Shown here piece by piece: positions 10,897 to 23,483 of a stretch of DNA of 64,000 bases (positions are counted from its first letter, which is position 1; every line of letters begins with the position of its first letter). Made by a program: the position numbers and the translations under genes. A model generated the notes under the pieces. It was not told the origin of the DNA. It searched no databases and worked only from the letters and a program-made list of their open reading frames with translations. The stretch is from Sphagnum compactum (Eukaryota), in contig OZ234493.1 in NCBI GenBank assembly GCA_965153455.1, positions 10,654,213-10,718,212 of the forward strand, read 5' to 3'.

Positions 10897-13800
10897 TTAT
10901 GTAACTAAGGTAAAAATTAGTTGCATGTGTCGTGTGTAACTAAAATTTAGTTGCAAACAACAATTGTGAAAGACAGATTTTCTACTAAAGTATGTTAATG
11001 TAATTAATTTTTAAAGCCCTTTAATGAATTGGGTTAGTGAAATAAATTCACCTTTTGTAGTAGTGCATGCATTGAACTTTGGAGTTTGAAAAGCAATTTT
11101 TTTTTTGCTTCTACTTCTTTTTGAACTTGAAGTTTGGAGCTAGGAGTTCCAAACCATGGTTAAAGCAAAAAACATTTTCTCTTGACCTCCAAAATTCAGT
11201 GCCAAAGTTTGAGTTAGGAACTTCAAACTTCAAACCACAATTGACAAACAAAAAATTTGGAGGCCAAACTTTGCTCCTAACGCCAAACTTTGGAGGTAGG
11301 GAGCAAATAATTTAATTGCATGTTTGAAACATTACTATGTTTGTGAATTCTTAAATATCGACATATTAGAGACTAGAATGTTGCAAGTTGCAACAATATT
11401 AATTTCTAAAGTGCAACTTGACATAACACTCATTGTCAAGGTTTTTCACTAATCTCAATGTTCACTATTTTTTCTTGTTTACATATTTTAGTTTCCTTTT
11501 AAAGTTTGATCCCACTTGTCTACAAATGTTGAATGTTGGGAATGTTATGCATGTTATTTAAAACCTAAATCTTTAATTTTAATGTTGTGTGAATCCTATG
11601 TGTTTGCAACCTTGAGTTTTATGTGAAGTGCATGTGCGATGTGTTGAAATCTAAACATTTATGTTTATTGTGCATACCTAAGTCATTTTAAGGTTTTGTT
11701 TCTTGATTACAATAGCCTTCAAATTCCAACAATTTTAAGTTATGTCTTTTTTTTAGGTCCTTTGTAGTCACCAATCCTTTTCATAACAATGCAAACCTCA
11801 ATTCTTCAAGCATTTGTTGTGGACAACTATGAATAGTCTTGTTGAATTTTACATTGAACGAATATTGTTGTAGTTTTTTGTTTGTTGTAGTAAATGGCAA
11901 TTCCAACCTTAGGTTTATCTCTCTCTATTTTCAACATTTGTGAACAACCGCAAAAACCCTTGTTAGTCACCAACCATAGTTAATGGATAGTTTGCCAGAT
12001 GAAGAAGAATTACATCATTTACTTATGGACAACTAACCATCAACAAAGTTTGTAATATGTCAATGGAGGAAGAACAATGGATATGAACCATAAGACTAAA
12101 CAATGTAATTGTTTGGAAGGTGATGATAAATTGGGATTCCTTAATGATCTTGCAAAAGCACATTTGAAGATGGTTTGTGCATGAGTGTAAAGCTTGAACT
12201 TGGAGTTTTAAGCTTGGAACTTAAAACTTAATGTGATTTTAATCCACCTACATGGATGAATATGTTCATAGATGAATGATTTCATATGGATGAATTTCAC
12301 TTATGATTTGGATTAAATAAATAAATTATTGATGAAATTCATCCATGATTAAAAGATAAATAAATTGAAATTTATTTATATCCATCCTCATTTGTTGTCC
12401 AACTATTAATATCAAATTTGAATGTCATTTAATAATGATGGATAACTTCGTTAATGGTTCTTAAAATTTTCAAATAACTAGTTTTGATATATAATTGTGG
12501 TTCTCAAAAATTATATACAAAATAAAATAACCACCAAATGACTACCCGTTCTTTGCCAATTTTTTCATGGAAATTATTGGTAGTTTTTAAGGTTTTTGAA
12601 ATAACCAGAATTGGTGATTCTTTGATTTTGAAATAACCTGAACTAGTGATTCAATGATTCTAAAATATTCAAAGAACCAAAATCAGTAGTTCTTTAAAAC
12701 AATCACACAACACTAGTTTGAACTTCTATTTTATGTGGAAAATTTTGGGGTTCTTCTTCTTTTGTTTATGTTATTCCTTCCTTCAATTATGTGTGGAACA
12801 TAAAACATCAACCATTTTTTTTCGTTATATCTTTTGGGCCTTCATTAAGCAAAGATGGAACGAATTACAACACAATGCATTATAGTAATTTTCGGCCGAA
12901 AGAACGTACCCGCCAATTTGGCAACCTAACTTCCACTAGTCGGAAGTTACTCTATAAGTTTTTTTTATAAAATTATCATTCTTTTTTTTTTTAAAATTTC
13001 CTCCTCTTTTTCATTTTTCATTTTTTTATTAGGCCTTGATTTTTTTTAACAACAAATTTAGTCAAAATTGTGACAATGCATTCATTGGGTTTACAAGAAT
13101 GAAAGTCATAAAAAATAATTTAAATGGAATAATTAAATAATTAAATAAAACCCAAGATCAACAAATAAAAAATGAATCTTACTATTTTTCGAAATACTAT
13201 GCTACTTGGATAAAAATGATTAATAGAAAGACTATGGATTAGAACACTTAAAGTGTTCTCTATTTGGATTCCATTCCACCAATCCCCAAAACCCAAGGCA
13301 ATATTCCTAGAAACCATCCTAGAAAACCCAAGGCAACACTCTCAAAAAAATCCAAAAAACCTCCTAGCAATCATAACCCAAAACAATGTTCCAAAAAACA
13401 TTTCAAAAAACCATCACTCAATGCAATGTTCCTAGAAATCCTCCCAATAATAAACCATCACTAGACAATATTGTAAAGAACCCAACATTGATCTCTCAAC
13501 AACCCAAACCCTCAACATTTTCATGAAATCCAGAATTTTATCTTAAACAATCATCCTATCCACATTCTCCCCTAAACCTTTATTATGCAGGTATTACAAA
13601 TACATTCTTACATAACAAAAAACTTCGGAATAATTAAATGATTATAAAAACTATCCAAAAAATTCAAAAAAATTCTATTGAAATAAAAAAAATTCTACTT
13701 ATCAACTATGTCTAGTGGCATTAAACTAAGGATAGATTTTGGATCTACAACATAATTGATGGTAGTAGGTCAGTTTTGAAAATGTTTGAACATGTGGCTA

Positions 13801-14356
13801 GTTTCTTCGTTGGCATTGATAGCCTCAAATGGAGGACGAAAATACATGGCTTGTAATCTGTCATTGTATTTTGGCAAATCCTTTTCAAACAAGTCAATCC
13901 AAAAAATATTTTCAAGGTCAACATTAAATTCACCTTATTCTAATTTTGGTACCTATATGATGGCCTACCCTCGATTTGTGGAAGTAATAGCAAAACAAAA
14001 TATGGTCTTGATTTTTTTTAGATCAATGAAAATAATAGCAATATAAGTGGCAACAAAAGTGACAACAATAGAAATAATAGCACAAGAAGAAACTATATGA
14101 AAGGAGCATTGCAATTGAAGTCACCAATCACATTAATAAGTTGAGAAGTCAACATAACACTAGCAAAACCATCATGGCCAACGTCAATAAAAACTCCCAC
14201 ACAACTAGAAACCATTGTAGATAGAAAAAATCACATCCCCAACATCATCTTCTCAAACATGAAAATTTTAAAGCATAAACCTTGAATCATTTAAAGAAAA
14301 ACAAACAAACTTGCAAATTTTGAAAGTCAAATAAATAACAATGTAAATGAAGTTAC

Positions 14357-16409
14357 CTTGGTTTTTTCAAATGTAGCTTTATCTTCGCTAAATGCTTCTT
14401 CATATCTCAACAAATGGCCATCTTTTAATTCACCATTTATGATTTGTTACATTGCCTTATCACTTAAATGCTTATCAATCTAGTCATATTTACACATAGA
14501 ACAAAAAAAACAACTCAGGCACATCAACAAATGGGGGAAAAAATCAAACAAAACACAAAGCAAATCAAAATAAAAAACAAATATTGAAACAAAACAAACA
14601 ATAGATCAAAAAAAAAGTTAGTACATTAAGTTCCCATATGAAATTGGGTCCATGTGACCCATAACCTCCATACTCTACTCTCAAGGAACCAAAACCTCCT
14701 CCATACAAGTAATGTCAATACCTTTGCCCATTTTGTTAAACAAGAAATTTTCTTTCAATTCAAAAAAGTTAGCAATAAGAATATCCATAATAAGTTGTAG
14801 TTGATTGTGACCAATTGTAGATGTTGTAAACCATACTTGATTTGATGCCTTCCACTTAGGAGTAATGTGTAAGAAAAGTGGATGCAGCCCAAGTTTGTCA
14901 TCACAACACTTGGTAAGATAACACCAAATTAACTCTTTGTAAGTAGAAATGGCATCATCAACATGACAATCAATTGCAAGACGATGGCAATGTGTAAAAC
15001 ATCTAGTGATATCGATGCACTAGTTTTTGAAACTCCTTGACAAAACTTAAGAACAACACCATTAGGTAACGACCATAAAGCAAACTTGTCAAAATCAACA
15101 TTGTGAAGTTCAAAACACCCTTTGATGAAAAAAATGTGAATGTAGAAATATTTGAATATAATATTCAAACCAAATGGATATTTAGGTTAACATATTACTT
15201 GTGCTAACATTCATCATTCCTTTTTGATGGACGACATTTCAAATTTTTTGATAACCTTCCCAAATCCACTCGATAATGATAGATAGTTGCTTCATCCTTT
15301 GGCAACCTTAACCCAATGGTACCTTGATCAAAGAAGATTTTAAACGAAATTCAAATGCCTACCAAATTCAACCACATGTTGCTCTTGCCTTTTCCATATC
15401 ATTTGTCCAATACTTGTTATCAAAGACTGGATGCTACAAAAATAACACAAAGAAAAAATAACAACAAAACACAAATGTTGCAAACAACAGACACCCTAAA
15501 CCCCGCACTAATAACAAAAATAACAAAAACCATAAACCATAGAACCTCTTTCTAAACAAAAGAAAGATTAAGCCTTAAACCCTATTTGCAAACAATAAAA
15601 ACAAAAGGCAAAAACAAGAGCTCAAAATTTTGAAAAAAAAAAAACCTTGTTGGAGGGTATAAGTTAATGGTTTTTTAAAAAAATTGCAGCACAAATGAAA
15701 ATAACATGTCCTCCAAATCTAAAATAAATTATTCATTTTCAAACAAATCTACAATTGATATTTGTAAATCAAAACATTAAAACATTCACCATTCATCAAA
15801 TGCATTATTTGCCCAAAGTTCAACATGTTTACTTGTTCTCTAACCTCCTCAGTTCACATTTGCCATCTTTTTTTTTTATCAATATCCAAAAAACAAGACT
15901 TCGATAATGGCTTCTTAACATGAGGTTCACATTTAGCCCCCTCAATAATGTCAGATCCAAAAATAGCAGGTTCATAGAGCTGCTATGATCAATGTGATCA
16001 AAAGTAAGAACAACCTCATAAACATTTTAAAAATCAAATGTAAAAGCAGAATCATTGGCATCAAAATCTTCAAGACTCGAAAGAATAGAAAGGTCAAAAG
16101 AAAGCACAAACATACCCACATCTCCTTCATGATTCAACTTGGGAGAATTAATAGGAAATTCTATAGGAGATTCATGCAAGTAATTAACATATTACATATA
16201 AATCTCACTTTCATCATTAGACCACAAAAATTCATCACCAAAATTAGTGGTGATTATTGGTGTAAGTAATCCAACAAGAGAGGATCCAAAAGCCTTTAGG
16301 TTTAGCAACTAACTAGGAGGAGTACTTGCAATAGGTAAAGTATCTTTCAAAATTTCAAAACAAGATTTGCAGAACCTTCATTATAAACCTTTTTCATAAT
16401 AGTAGACAT
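14357..16409 (-). pseudogene. Decayed Crypton-like tyrosine recombinase (DUF3504-type) gene with introns
   Basis: Manual translation gives RTSKHVELWANNAFDEW...LEDMLFSFVLQ..KTINLYPPT. A GT-AG intron (15645-15434) follows in frame, then SIQSLITSIGQMI...PKYPFGLNIIFKYFYIHIFFIKGCFELHN...YLTKCC..HPLFLH..VWFTTSTIGHNQL...NKMGKGIDITCMEEVLVP*E*SMEVMGHMDPISYG. An inferred intron (14630-14490) then leads to KYD. Many stops and frameshifts. Confidence 0.8.
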
Positions 16410-16970
16410 TGTTAAAAAAAAAACAAAACAAAAAATGAAAGGAAAAAAAAGAAAAAAATCATTAAAACAAAAAAATAATATAAAATCCAAATGAATTGCA
16501 TCTACACAACATATCAAACAAAAAAACTTTGAAACATGTGAAACCAAAACTAGAACACAACAACTTGCACAAATTAAACAAAGAATTAATGAAACAACCA
16601 AATAATTTCAATAACATAGCAAGACACAAAAAAAACAAAACAATGCAAAAAGAAAGGAAGATGAGAGTAGAATCATAAGAGTGGTGCAAGCAAAATGCGA
16701 AAACAAATGCCATGTCAATGTGATGTAGTTACAACGAACATGAGATGCAAAAACAATCATCATGTCAACACAATGTAAACAAGAAATGTAGAGGTGGATG
16801 GAAATGGCATGATTCAAGTAGACAGACATAGATGTGAACAAAAACGAACACGAAGATACCACATAGATCAAAATAATAATTTGCCAACTCGAAAAATTGA
16901 AAACCCTCACAACGTAATTAACAAAAACAGAAAGGCAAAGCAAAACAAAACCAAAAAATAAAGAGAAAAC

Positions 16971-17790
16971 CCCCTAAAAATTACAAAGAAGCTAACAACG
17001 AACATTGTTGGTGATGATCACTAGTCTAGAAGTCATAACACCAAGTGCAACAACAATGTACCAAACAAAGAACAAGAGAAAGCCAACATTACAATGCAAT
17101 AAAAAAAAAGAACAAAATTAAAACATAACCAAAAATATAAAGAACAAGCTCCCTGAAAATTGCGAAGAAATAAATAGTGAACATTTTTAGTGATAATCAT
17201 CGACACAAAAATCACAACACCAAGCATAACAACAATGCACCAAGTAAAGAAAAAAACAATGCTAACATCACAAAGAGCGAAAGCACAAGAACAAAGTTAA
17301 AAACAAAAACAAAAAAATGAAGGAGTGCCCTAAAAACTAGGAAGAAATAGACAACACCAAGCGTAGTAACATGTCAAAAAAATAAAAATAAATAAACTAC
17401 CATCATGACACAACAAAATCAAAAGAATGAACCTAAAATAAAACAAAAAAAAATGAAGAAGGACCGCGCTAAAGACTAGGAAAAATAAACAACACCAAGC
17501 ACAATAACAACATACCAAGCAAAGAAAAAAAAGAGCTACCCTCACAACACAACAAAAACAAAAAAACAAACCTATAACAAAACAAAACCAAAAGTGAGGA
17601 AAGACTGTTCTAAAAGCTATGAAAAAATAGACAACACCGTGCACAATCGCAACATGCCAAGCAAAGAAAAAAAAAAAGAGATACCATCATGACACAACAA
17701 AAGCAAAAGAACAAACCTAAAACAAAACCCAAAAAAATGAGGAAGAAACACCCCTAAAATTGTGAAGAAGCAGGCAGTGAGCAATGATCT
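16971..17790. repeat. A-rich degenerate tandem repeat, 140-180-bp units, ~6 starts
   Basis: Unit starts (ccctaaaa...gaagaaa...acaacaccaagc) near 16971, 17151, 17328, 17467, 17608 and 17751. Confidence 0.7.
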
Positions 17791-18654
17791 CCAACGCCGA
17801 AAGGAGCCAAGCCTCTTACTCTATTCGGTAGGTAAGATGATTGAAAGATGCGACAAAAAGCAGAAAGGTGTGAAAGAAAAAAAAACACCGACACATTATG
17901 CAAGTGAAGGGCCTTTTCCTAGACCCTTGTTGTGGACATAGTTGATTCCACATTCTAAACTCCACATTTGTAAAATATTAATTTGGTTTCATTAGTCACC
18001 CAATGATGTCAATTGGTGATTAGGCCTCTCTTTTTTCCCTAGTTAATTTCTAACTAATCATTTATTAATGACATATTAAGAGCTGAGTTGTTTGCAATTG
18101 CAGGGAGAGGAAATTTAAGGAGAGAATTTATACACACAAAGTTGTTGCAATTGACAGGAAGAAGCCCTCTTTTTTTTATGCACACAAAAGTTGTGGGGAT
18201 GTTGAGCACCAGGCTTTCATTGCTGCAGTTGATTTCTGTACATTGCACTTTGCTGAAACTGCTCAACAAATGATGCCAGTTCTTGCAAAAAGATTTTGGC
18301 AAGGATTTCAATGTTGCACCATGACAACCTAGCTCACCTTCTATTACCAACAACTTTCAACTTATCAACTTTTTATCTTTCTTCTAATTTGCCAGCTTCT
18401 ACTTTCCCTGAAACCAAACAAAATCCCTTGCGAGCTATTGAAAGTGCCTAATGGGTAATGCTGATTTTAATGGCCTTTAACAACACCTGTAGAATTGAGC
18501 AACAATTGTCCCAAACACCTAACATTTACATGCTACTCACAAGCTTTTGCCTCCTGGCATCCTCCAGTCTTTTAGCAACACAGAAAAACAGAAACTGTTG
18601 TGGAGGTTTTGATAGTAAGAATCGTCCCAGAGTAGCACATTTGTTATTTTGCCT

Positions 18655-20979
18655 TCACACCTCTTCCTGATGGCTGTTGTTGCCATGAATGATGTTATGT
18701 TTGCACAGAGGACATGTGGCATTGATGCGCAGCCACTTATCAACGCAGCTTGCATGAAAGTGATGACCACATGGAATCTCCCGCACCTCCACTTCATCTT
18801 CATACTGAGAGAGGCAGATGCAACATTCCTGCACATCTAACAACTGCAATTCAGAGGTGCTGTCCATTTGGTTGCAGTAAGACAACATCTTAAAAGCACC
18901 AAAACATGATTAGTCCCTCCTAATGTGCAAGTGTGAGGAAAATGCGTTCATCAATACATCACCTCCTTCATCACCAGTAGGTCACTGGACCTGTTATGAG
19001 ATGAGATGTGCAATCAACAAACATATATCTTGACCTAACTACATACCGCATCCTCGCCAGCTATGGCACGCTCAGTCACCCTGTCTGAAGATCCCATCAA
19101 ACTCATCACCCCTGTGAAAGCTCCTGTCTTCACCACAATAGAGTTGTTGCTGCCAGTGCGCCGGAATTTGTACTTATCCAGTGCATTGATCTCTTCCTCT
19201 GATGCACCCTCCTGAGTAAGGGCCAAAACTGGAATGAGTTGGAGAGATAGTCATCTATAGAAAATCCTCAGTGCTTCTACCACATATGAAGATATCTGAG
19301 GCATGCTTCAACATCTCTCCTGGCGTAAACTGCTTTGCAAACTCTGCAAGACATGTTCCAGCATATGCAGACACTGTACCATGCTGCTTCTAGCATCATC
19401 CAAATTTTGAACCAGCAACAAAGTTGCAAGTGATAACAGAGTCTTCATTCAAGCATATGAACTCTTGGGACAGGCATTCGATAAGCTCTCTGAAACTCCA
19501 GAAAGGACAGCACTGCTAGATAGGTGGAATTAGTGACCATGGCCTCATCTCCTTCTATGAAGGAGAAAATCACTGCATCACAGGGAAGACCTAAATCTAT
19601 TACTGGCTATTAAATGTGGAAAAAAATAGAGACATGAATAATTCACCTCTTCAGCAACTGCATAGAGGATGGCAATGATACAGGGGAGGCAACAGCAGAC
19701 AGCAATGCCAATGACAAATGCCAATGCAACGCAGAACACCACAAAGAGCACATCAAATGCCAAAAACACCAAACACAGCCTGCAGATCCAATAAGCAACA
19801 GATCATAAATCACAACAAGAGCAGCCCCCAAATCTATTCTCAGTGCATGTCTAAGGAAATTTCTGAAATAGCTGAAAAATAATTTAACTGCCCCATTAGT
19901 CTATCATCTCCTATTGAAATATTTACTACAGAAGTACTCATCAGAGCTAGGTTGTCAATGGAAGTGAACTCCAACAGAGATGTGGAGGTGTTTGCAGGTT
20001 TCCTCACCAGTAAAGGTATGGAGCCTCATTGATAAGCTCTTCACCTCCAGAAATGATCAAATAGGACCCAAACATCCACCATACAAACGAGAACATGGTG
20101 TTGCCAGACTCCAACCGCTTCACTAAGCTGCATGCCAAAGGTTTCAAAAATGAGAATACAGATCAGAAACTTTCTATAAGTGTGTACCGATTGCCATTCT
20201 AGCTTTTCCACCATTTGCAACTGAGACAGGTGCAATAGGTGCAGCTTGAAAGCATCCCTAGTCCCAAATGGTGAAAATCACCACTGCCAGCTAAATTTGC
20301 TGCATTTGACCAGTATCTGAAATTTTCCAGTAGAGTTAGAAGCAAATTGCGATGAGCATTTGTAAAGAGCACAAGTTTCTCGCATAAATTGGCAAGAGTT
20401 AAAACACCTGGTGTCAGCATTTTCACCACCGGCTGAATCCACAGCCTGCATAGAGTCATGTGATAGGGATGTCTCCACTGGTGTATCAGAAGGTGTAGCA
20501 GCACGCCGCCGACGCCGCCGCCTATACTCCAAGGAGACACAAAGCATGTGCACAATGCATTGCAAAGCATAACCTACAATCCACAAGCGCAATGGCACCT
20601 CGGGTCTCTCATCCCTGCTCAAAATCACCACTGCTGTGGCCACCAGAAGAAATGCTAAATTCCACAGCAGATCCAACAGTACGACTGGCCTGGAGTAAGC
20701 CCAATCATTCTGCCGCTCCTCAAGATGTGCTGCAGCTGATTCACGTACTTGCCTGGATGGCGCCCTGTTGAGCCCCCTGCTCCCTGCCCTCCTCAGGTAC
20801 CTGACAGCTCCTTGAACTCCACTTCCACTACCACCGCTGCTTCCAGTGCCTCTGGTTCTCCCACCCACAAGACTTGAGCTACCAATGTTGGAGATTCCAG
20901 TGCCATCGTTGTCAGTCACTAGGGGTGTTGTGATGAGATCCTCTGAGGAAGAATCAAAGATTACTCTTTCTCTGTCCAT
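18655..20979 (-). CDS. Transmembrane RING-H2 E3 ubiquitin ligase (At1g12760/At1g63170-like), 387 aa; exons 20979-20408, 20127-20008, 19779-19647, 19211-19047, 18828-18655
   Basis: All introns are GT-AG and in phase (572+120+133+165+174=1164 nt). Motifs [66 protein letters not shown], and RING-H2 ECCICLSQY...[25 protein letters not shown]. Confidence 0.96.
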
Positions 20980-20994
20980 ATTTTGGCTGTACTC

Positions 20995-21036
20995 TCACCA
21001 CCTGGCCATTATCACACAAGGGTTTTTCTTTACCAT
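20995..21036 (-). promoter_or_regulatory. Putative uORF (MVKKNPCVIMARW*) in the RING gene leader
   Basis: ATG at 21036, TGA at 20997-20995. In frame with the main ORF and ending 15 nt before its ATG. Lies downstream of both candidate 5'UTR intron acceptors. Confidence 0.5.
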
Positions 21037-21471
21037 GATGGATGTCAAACCCTAATTCTACAACGGATGGAGACTTGAAGAGTCTGGCTGCTCTGTAATT
21101 CTACAAATGACGGGCAACGCGAAGAGTCTGGCTGTTATGCTGAATGTGTTTTGCAAGAAAACAGATGCTAATGTCAACAACGCTCTCATTCAAAACTTCG
21201 CTTTGTGAGTAGAGTTCGTAACACTTACCTTTTCTTTTGTGAAGCAACTGAAGAGGCAAGTGCCCCCCGAACCCAAAGGATTCAAGAACCCGGTACAGCC
21301 TCCTTTGCAGCCGAAAAGAATTGACTCTCAGAGGCCCCGGGGGGGCGGGGGGGGAGGGGGGGAGACAAACACTTCCAGCAACTGTTCCTTGGCCAAAACA
21401 GAAACTTGGAAAAGAAAGAAAAGTGGAAAACCCGATTTCACCGCGACACTATCTGATAACGAGCGATTTGT

Positions 21472-21484
21472 TGTTGTTGTTGTT

Positions 21485-21521
<37 letters not shown>
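21472..21521. repeat. (TTG)n + (CT)n microsatellite upstream of the RING gene
   Basis: Directly visible. Confidence 0.9.
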
Positions 21522-21522
<1 letters not shown>

Positions 21523-22429
21523 GAGAGACCAGCAGACTGGTAGCCGCAGCAAGTCCCTGCTCCGGAAAAAGTCCAAAATGCTGTAAAACCTATACTCTCA
21601 ATTTGACGTTTGTGTCTGGCCTTGGGAGTTCTGCGCTTAGAAATCGCAATTGAAACGGACATTCTACAAAGAATTGTAAAGCGAAGGAAACTAGAGTAAA
21701 GAAGAGAGGAGGCAAAGAGTCGTCCTCGCCCTCGTCCTCGTCCTCTTCCACCCCACTAAACCCAAGAAGAAACAAGAAACCTCCCACACAATTAATTACT
21801 TGCAACGGGAGAGAAATGTTTCTCCCCCCAAAACAACAGCACTAAAAAAGAACAAAAAAACGAAAGGGAGGACAAACAGAGAAGAGTAGCAACAGATATA
21901 CAGAAACCACAACAACAACGACAACAATAGCTTCCCCGCCCGCCCAGAGCTTCCTTCCTTCCTTCCTTCCTTCCTTCCTTGCCGGGGTTTTGATGAGATT
22001 TTGATGCCTAAGATTTTAGGATTCAATAGCACCGCAATTTTCCTTTTGGTATTTTGTGTGTGGCAAGCATGCAATTTGTCAATGGAAAGGCGAGCTATCC
22101 ATGACGAACAGCACAAGGGAGGGACGCCACGGGGGCCCCACGCACAACAGACATGAAGCGACGAGGAACGGGAAGGAGGGGAGGGAGGGAGGGAAGGCGG
22201 AGGCAGAAGGAGAGAGTGGCAAGTGCACTGCGGGAATTCCCAGAGCGCTTTTTTAGGCTAAAACTTTAATTAAGTCGGTCATTAATGAATCAAATGACGT
22301 CATTAGTGATTACGTGCCCCCCTGCTGTGTCTCTCCTAATTATCATTCTACCGACCACTAGGTAATATCTCAGACAGTTCAGCATTTTTATTTTATTATT
22401 TATTATTTATTTATATTTTAAAAAAATTC

Positions 22430-22712
22430 CTGTGGCGAATTGTTTTCCAAAACAATAATATTTCGTCGAATATTCACTTTCTCAATAACAAAATCGCCAA
22501 AAACAGAAAAATAATAAAATAATAAAATTCTAAATAATCGCCATGTTTCTATCCATTTTTCAACCAAGTAGATAGCCAGGATATAAAACGATTTTAATCA
22601 ATTTCTACTTTCATAGCTGATCTATAGCCAAACGTGGCTAAATCTCCTTCTGGATGACTGCCAATGTGGCAACATCACAAAATTGGAAAAAAAAAAAAAA
22701 AAAAAAACACTG
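22430..22712 (+). mobile_element. Copy of a dispersed MITE-like repeat family (core tagccaaa..tggctaaat...ggatga..gcca)
   Basis: The same core recurs at ~24153, ~58138 and ~62920. This copy ends aaaaaacactg. Confidence 0.65.
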
Positions 22713-23483
22713 ATTTGAGTAGGTAATATATTTTATTATTTATTATCGTTTTACCCTCAGTTTATTAATTAGTGAAGAGTGCGCCCACAGTAGTTATGTT
22801 TTTTTTTTTTTTTTTCTTGGGGAGAAGAAGTTATTTGATTGGCCCATCACCAATATTTTTGGAACATGGACCACTCCCCCAACACAGGAGCCTAAAATAT
22901 GCTTCCCCAAAATAGAAGAATGCTTTCTCAGGCTTCCCTTGGGGCCCCCTTTACAACATATTGAGTATCATTGAGTGATTTTTTTATTATGCTGAAAGTG
23001 ATTAAATGCCTATTTGACAAGATTTCCAAAAAAAAAAAAAAAAAGGAAACTAGTAAATGAGATTTCCAATTCCAAGCTTCATTGCAAATTTGCAAAGGAA
23101 AAAGAATGTTTTTTTTAATCCAATTAAAAATTAAGAAATTTTTTCCATTAAGTTGATTTTAATAGCTATTTACTATTTCCATGTTTGGGTTGTGAAGGTG
23201 CTCAAATGCCAAAATAAAAATTTAAATTTAATGGGAGACATTTTTAAAATTGCGAATTAAACATGATTGAATGATAGGAGTGATTCAATAAAACATTATA
23301 TTATTGGCTAAAGGCTTCCATTTTTGGACCATTACAAAAATAGCCAATATATTTTTGCCAAATCTTCCTCAATATTTTTGACCCACCCTAAGGGGGGGTG
23401 TCCTCACATGGTTTATGTTGATTGTGTGGCCAACCCTTCCGCATGTGAGGTTTGACCCATTGGACTTGCAAAGTTTATTTTAC

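Noticed and set aside
16347-17644. Hydrophobic F/L/C-rich ORFs resembling membrane proteins
   Set aside because: Artefacts of T-rich low-complexity repeat sequence.
21239-22256. Several 60-110-aa ORFs upstream of the RING gene
   Set aside because: Built from microsatellites and GC-rich leader/promoter sequence.
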